NCBI RefSeq assembly: GCF_001194135.2
Contig: NC_068995.1
Span: 8,397,225 to 8,438,204, forward strand
Origin: Octopus bimaculoides
Lineage: Eukaryota
Reading direction: 5' to 3'
Length of the DNA stretch: 40,980 bases
The translations under genes and the position numbers were made by a program. Shown in pieces: positions 37,089 through 40,980 of this stretch. The notes beneath the pieces were generated by a model. It worked only from the letters and a program-made list of their open reading frames with translations, searched no databases and was not told where the DNA came from. How positions within the stretch are numbered: position 1 is the stretch's first letter; every line of letters begins with the position of its first letter.

Positions 37089-38211
37089 CCAATAGAAATT
37101 ACTCCAACAACACTGACACACTCCCAAACATGAGCAGCATCGACGGAACACCACCACCAACACCACCAAGGTGGACAGCTGGAGGTGTAAGGACGTTGCG
37201 GTGGATCTACCATGATACGTGTTCCAAGTCTTTTGATGTTAGTTCAAATCCTGCCATGGGCCTACTGAGGAACATTACCACAATTTGAGAAATAAGTGAG
37301 GGTCCTATAAGCGATTCGTTTCGGTTGCAATTATTCGGGTCAAGTTTGTCTTGTGCGGATGCATTCCTATTAGTCTATGGATCCCAGTAAAAGGCCATGG
37401 ATGGTGCATTGCTTCTTCAGAAGAGAAAAATATCAAAGGAAATAAAAAGGACCTCACCATTTGCAAAAGAAAACGGAAATAAAGCACTAATACAATCATG
37501 AACCATTCTATAACACCCTTAGTACTATTGAACATGGTGACGACCAGCAGCGTTCCCATCTCAAGACGCAACGCCCAAGGGCACCACTAAAACAACAGCC
37601 TCTACAAATACCACCGAGAACATCAGTAGCACCAAGATCACCACCAACAACAGTTACAATATAATCACCAGCCAAAATATGTACACCAACGACCGAACCA
37701 CCGCCATTACCATCAGTAATACAAGCACTTCTGTTACCACGCCATTGACTCACAAAGCAACGAACTGCTGCTACAGAATTCATTTCAGTCAGACATCAAA
37801 ATATTACAGAACATGAAGAAGATTACGAAGAGAGATAAAATTTCTTTTAGTCTTTGTCTTGAAGAAACTCATTGGTTCTTAGAAATTTGGAAGTTTTCCG
37901 TTCCATAGTTTTGGTTATATTTAAAATATTCCTCCTGTGTGAAGGAAATATATATTTATATTATTAGAAAAATAAATAAATAGAATCAAAAATATTAAAC
38001 GGATAAAAATGGTAAAAAAACATGAGTCCTATAGAGAGAATATTATTAATATCACATATACACATAACTTAAATACACACGTCTGTATAAAATCCGCCCA
38101 TGCATAAGCAGGTGGAGTAAAGGAATGCGTGTATATATATATGTGTGTTGTGTGTGTGTGTGTGTGTGTGTACAAACACATCTTCATGCACATGTGTTAA
38201 TATATTTAATA

Positions 38212-38250
<39 letters not shown>

Positions 38251-38814
38251 CATGGACATATGTTTCTACATTCGTATATACACTATATCCGCAAAATACT
38301 TGCGCCCGGAGAGGCCCACAGCGCTACAGAAATTATCATGCATTTCAGAAATGTATAGTCGAGAGTGCCTTATGTACGCATACATGCGTACACATAACTG
38401 TAAAAACATGCTATACATATGAAATATTTTTGTATGTATGCACGTTTGTATCTAAGTCTCACCTCCCTCTTTCTCTCTATCTGTCACTCTTTCTTTTTTT
38501 TTCTCTCTCTCTCTTTGTCCCTCTCTCTCTTTTCTCTCCATGTCTCTCTTTGTCTCTCTTTATCTCTTTCTAACAATCTACCAGCAGAGTTTACATTCAG
38601 TTTAAAAAAATTATATATTCATATATGCAAATGTGTTGTAGTGATTTGTTAGACTGTTCGTATAAGGTTTTTGAAATACATGTCACTAAACTAATTTGCA
38701 TATGAAAAAATATCAGAAATCATTCTTCAATCTGTGAGACTGTAAGAGTTTTAGTTCGCTAACACGCAGAAATTATAACGAAATTGTCAGACTTATGTGC
38801 ATCTAAATTCTAAA

Positions 38815-38898
38815 AGTGTCCGATTATAAATCCCTCTGGTGGTCACTTTATTTGAATTTGTTTTTCTTCATTTCCCCAGGGTCGATTAATTAAGAACC
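38815..38898 (+). mobile_element. SINE family A remnant (only plus-strand copy)
   Basis: aaatccctctggtggtcacttt...ttcttcatttccccagggtcgattaattaagaacc versus aaattccgccgagatcgactttgcctttcatccttcctgggacgataaattaagtacc. Confidence 0.45.
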
Positions 38899-40403
38899 TC
38901 CTTTTATTTTCCTAAAATATTTCTTAATACGGTTTTGTCCAAAACAAGCTTTGACACCATTGCGGACTAAAATACACCAAATGAGTGTAAAAATATAAAG
39001 ATGCCGATTGACAATACGCTTAAGCGAGTGCATATCATTGACGAGAGAAAATTAAGATGAAGGTAGACAGGTCCAGAGATCAGGAAACCGAAGCAAGAAG
39101 TTATTAGAATATCTATGACTAACAGCATGCGGAACTGAGAAACACTGCGCCTGGGAATCTAGCATGTGAAATGATTAAAGGTCTTGAAACATGTATTCCA
39201 GACTAGAAAATTAATCAAAGCAATAAAGACTGAAAGTGGTAGAAAATTCGCAAACAAGATACCTTTCGGTCATGTACCAAAGATTGCAACCTCGTAGAAT
39301 GAATAGGGCACATAATAATACCGCCACGATTATGAATTCGATCAAGCAAGGCACCAGTCCAAAATTTACAGCAATATTTAATGGAGGGTCGACTTGTTGC
39401 ATGAGACATACGAAACACTCCAAAGTGTAAGAAATTTGCGAGCGCGGAAGAGAGATCGAAGCCGTACAAATTGGACACATTTGTTTCAAAAGAGATTTTA
39501 TGACTAGTTCAAAACACACAAAGATGAATTCTGTGCGTAGCAACGAAGGTAAGAAATGACTGTTTATAACGATTGACAAAAGCATAGTCTTTACAAGATT
39601 GAGTCACCATCCAGTCACTACCCCCAGCCAAGAAGACAGACGATCACGCATAATTTTTTTTTTTTCAGGGATACCAGCTCTTGATTGAACGAAAGTTACC
39701 CACAAACCAGAAACAGTTAAGCAAAATCATCAACAACAACAATAACACTTAACTAAAATACAATCTTTAATCCTTTTTCACAAACAAATATATTCCACGC
39801 ATAGAAACAAGTCATAAATATAGATTTAGTCTGTTATATCTTCGTGAAAAATATTTTGGTTACAGATACGAAACCTCATATTCCACTCGCGCCTCTTTAT
39901 TGAATATTTCATCATTACACAATACAATATTTATGAGATCCTGTGTCAGGGTTGTCTAAGAATAATGCAATGTATCTTGGCTTTAAGGTGGCAAAAGTTG
40001 AATGATCGGTGCAACGTCCCCGACAGAGTGATGTTTAATTTTAATCAAGTTTGTCCACTTGTCAAAAGCAATCAGTTACATTTCGTGACGACCACTTTGT
40101 ATCTCCCACCCGGATTCAAGTTCCATCGACTCTTTCTATTTCTCTCTGTATATAACACTTACGTCATCTATCTATCTATCTATCTATCTATATATATATA
40201 TATATATACATANNNNNNNNNNNNNNNNNNNNNNNNNNNNNNNNNNNNNNNNNNNNNNNNNNNNNNNNNNNNNNNNNNNNNNNNNNNNNNNNNNNNNNNN
40301 NNNNNNNNNNNNNNNNNNNNNNNNNNNNNNNNNNNNNNNNNNNNNNNNNNNNNNNNNNNNNNNNNNNNNNNNNNNNNNNNNNNNNNNNNNNNNNNNNNNN
40401 NNN

Positions 40404-40449
<46 letters not shown>

Positions 40450-40866
40450 CATATGTATATATACATAAACTCTCAGAGAGATGTGCGAATAAATGAATAT
40501 ATATCTGTATATGCACATCTATCTATCTATCTACCTATCTATCTGTCTATCTGTCTATTCACACATAGATATACATATGCCTGTATTTATATACACATAC
40601 ATGTGCGCTTGTGTGCTTGTGTGCTTGTGTCTTACGATTCCTCTATATTTCTCTGATGAAATATTGTCATGGCGTATAAATAAACTCTCGTGAAATACTC
40701 CTGCGTCGTTCGCCGAGAGCCTACTGTCAACTTGCGTAAATTAATAAATGGTATCAATGACTTATATATCCTTTTTCCTTATGCATTTATATCCATACAC
40801 ACAAATATATTGCTTCACCTGTACTACTCAATTGTAATATACGTCTATAACACACGTACAGACATA

Positions 40867-40868
<2 letters not shown>

Positions 40869-40928
<60 letters not shown>

Positions 40929-40980
40929 TTTCTATCTCTCTCTCTTTCTATCTCTCTCTCTCTCTATATATATATATATA
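40869..40980. repeat. (TG)n followed by (TC)n/(TA)n
   Basis: Direct reading. Confidence 0.95.

Noticed and set aside
37541-37813. About 90-codon Thr/Ser/Asn-rich, mucin-like open frame
   Set aside because: No upstream start or acceptor; its composition is that of decayed (ACC/AAC)n seen elsewhere in the window.
39211-39585. Longest clean non-repetitive ORF (124 aa, minus strand)
   Set aside because: Non-ATG start, no recognisable motif and no supporting exon structure; not called as a CDS.

Overview
This is a eukaryotic, AT-rich, microsatellite-saturated and apparently non-coding window (large intron or intergenic) from a gapped draft assembly with 15 N-gaps, most flanked by (TA)n. The interspersed repeats match my recollection of octopus (cephalopod) SINEs, so Octopus is the likely source (inference). 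I cannot support any protein-coding gene: nearly all ORF-track entries are microsatellite or N read-throughs, or SINE/transposon relics. Supported content: (1) about 10 copies of a tRNA-derived SINE ('family A') and about 9 of a second tRNA-derived SINE with an internal microsatellite ('family B'); (2) a 188-bp hAT-like MITE nested in a SINE with an 8-bp TSD; (3) four Tc1/mariner relics clustered at 29.9-33.7 kb, one an internally deleted mariner with both TIRs and TA flanks; (4) a 34-nt 3'-truncated U2 snRNA retrocopy between direct repeats; (5) mini- and microsatellites. I found no convincing new biological system. The best leads are the U2 retro-fragment, a fold-back A/B SINE fusion, a module shared by both SINE families, and a 9:1 strand bias of family A. 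All family assignments rest on recalled consensus motifs, not on database searches.
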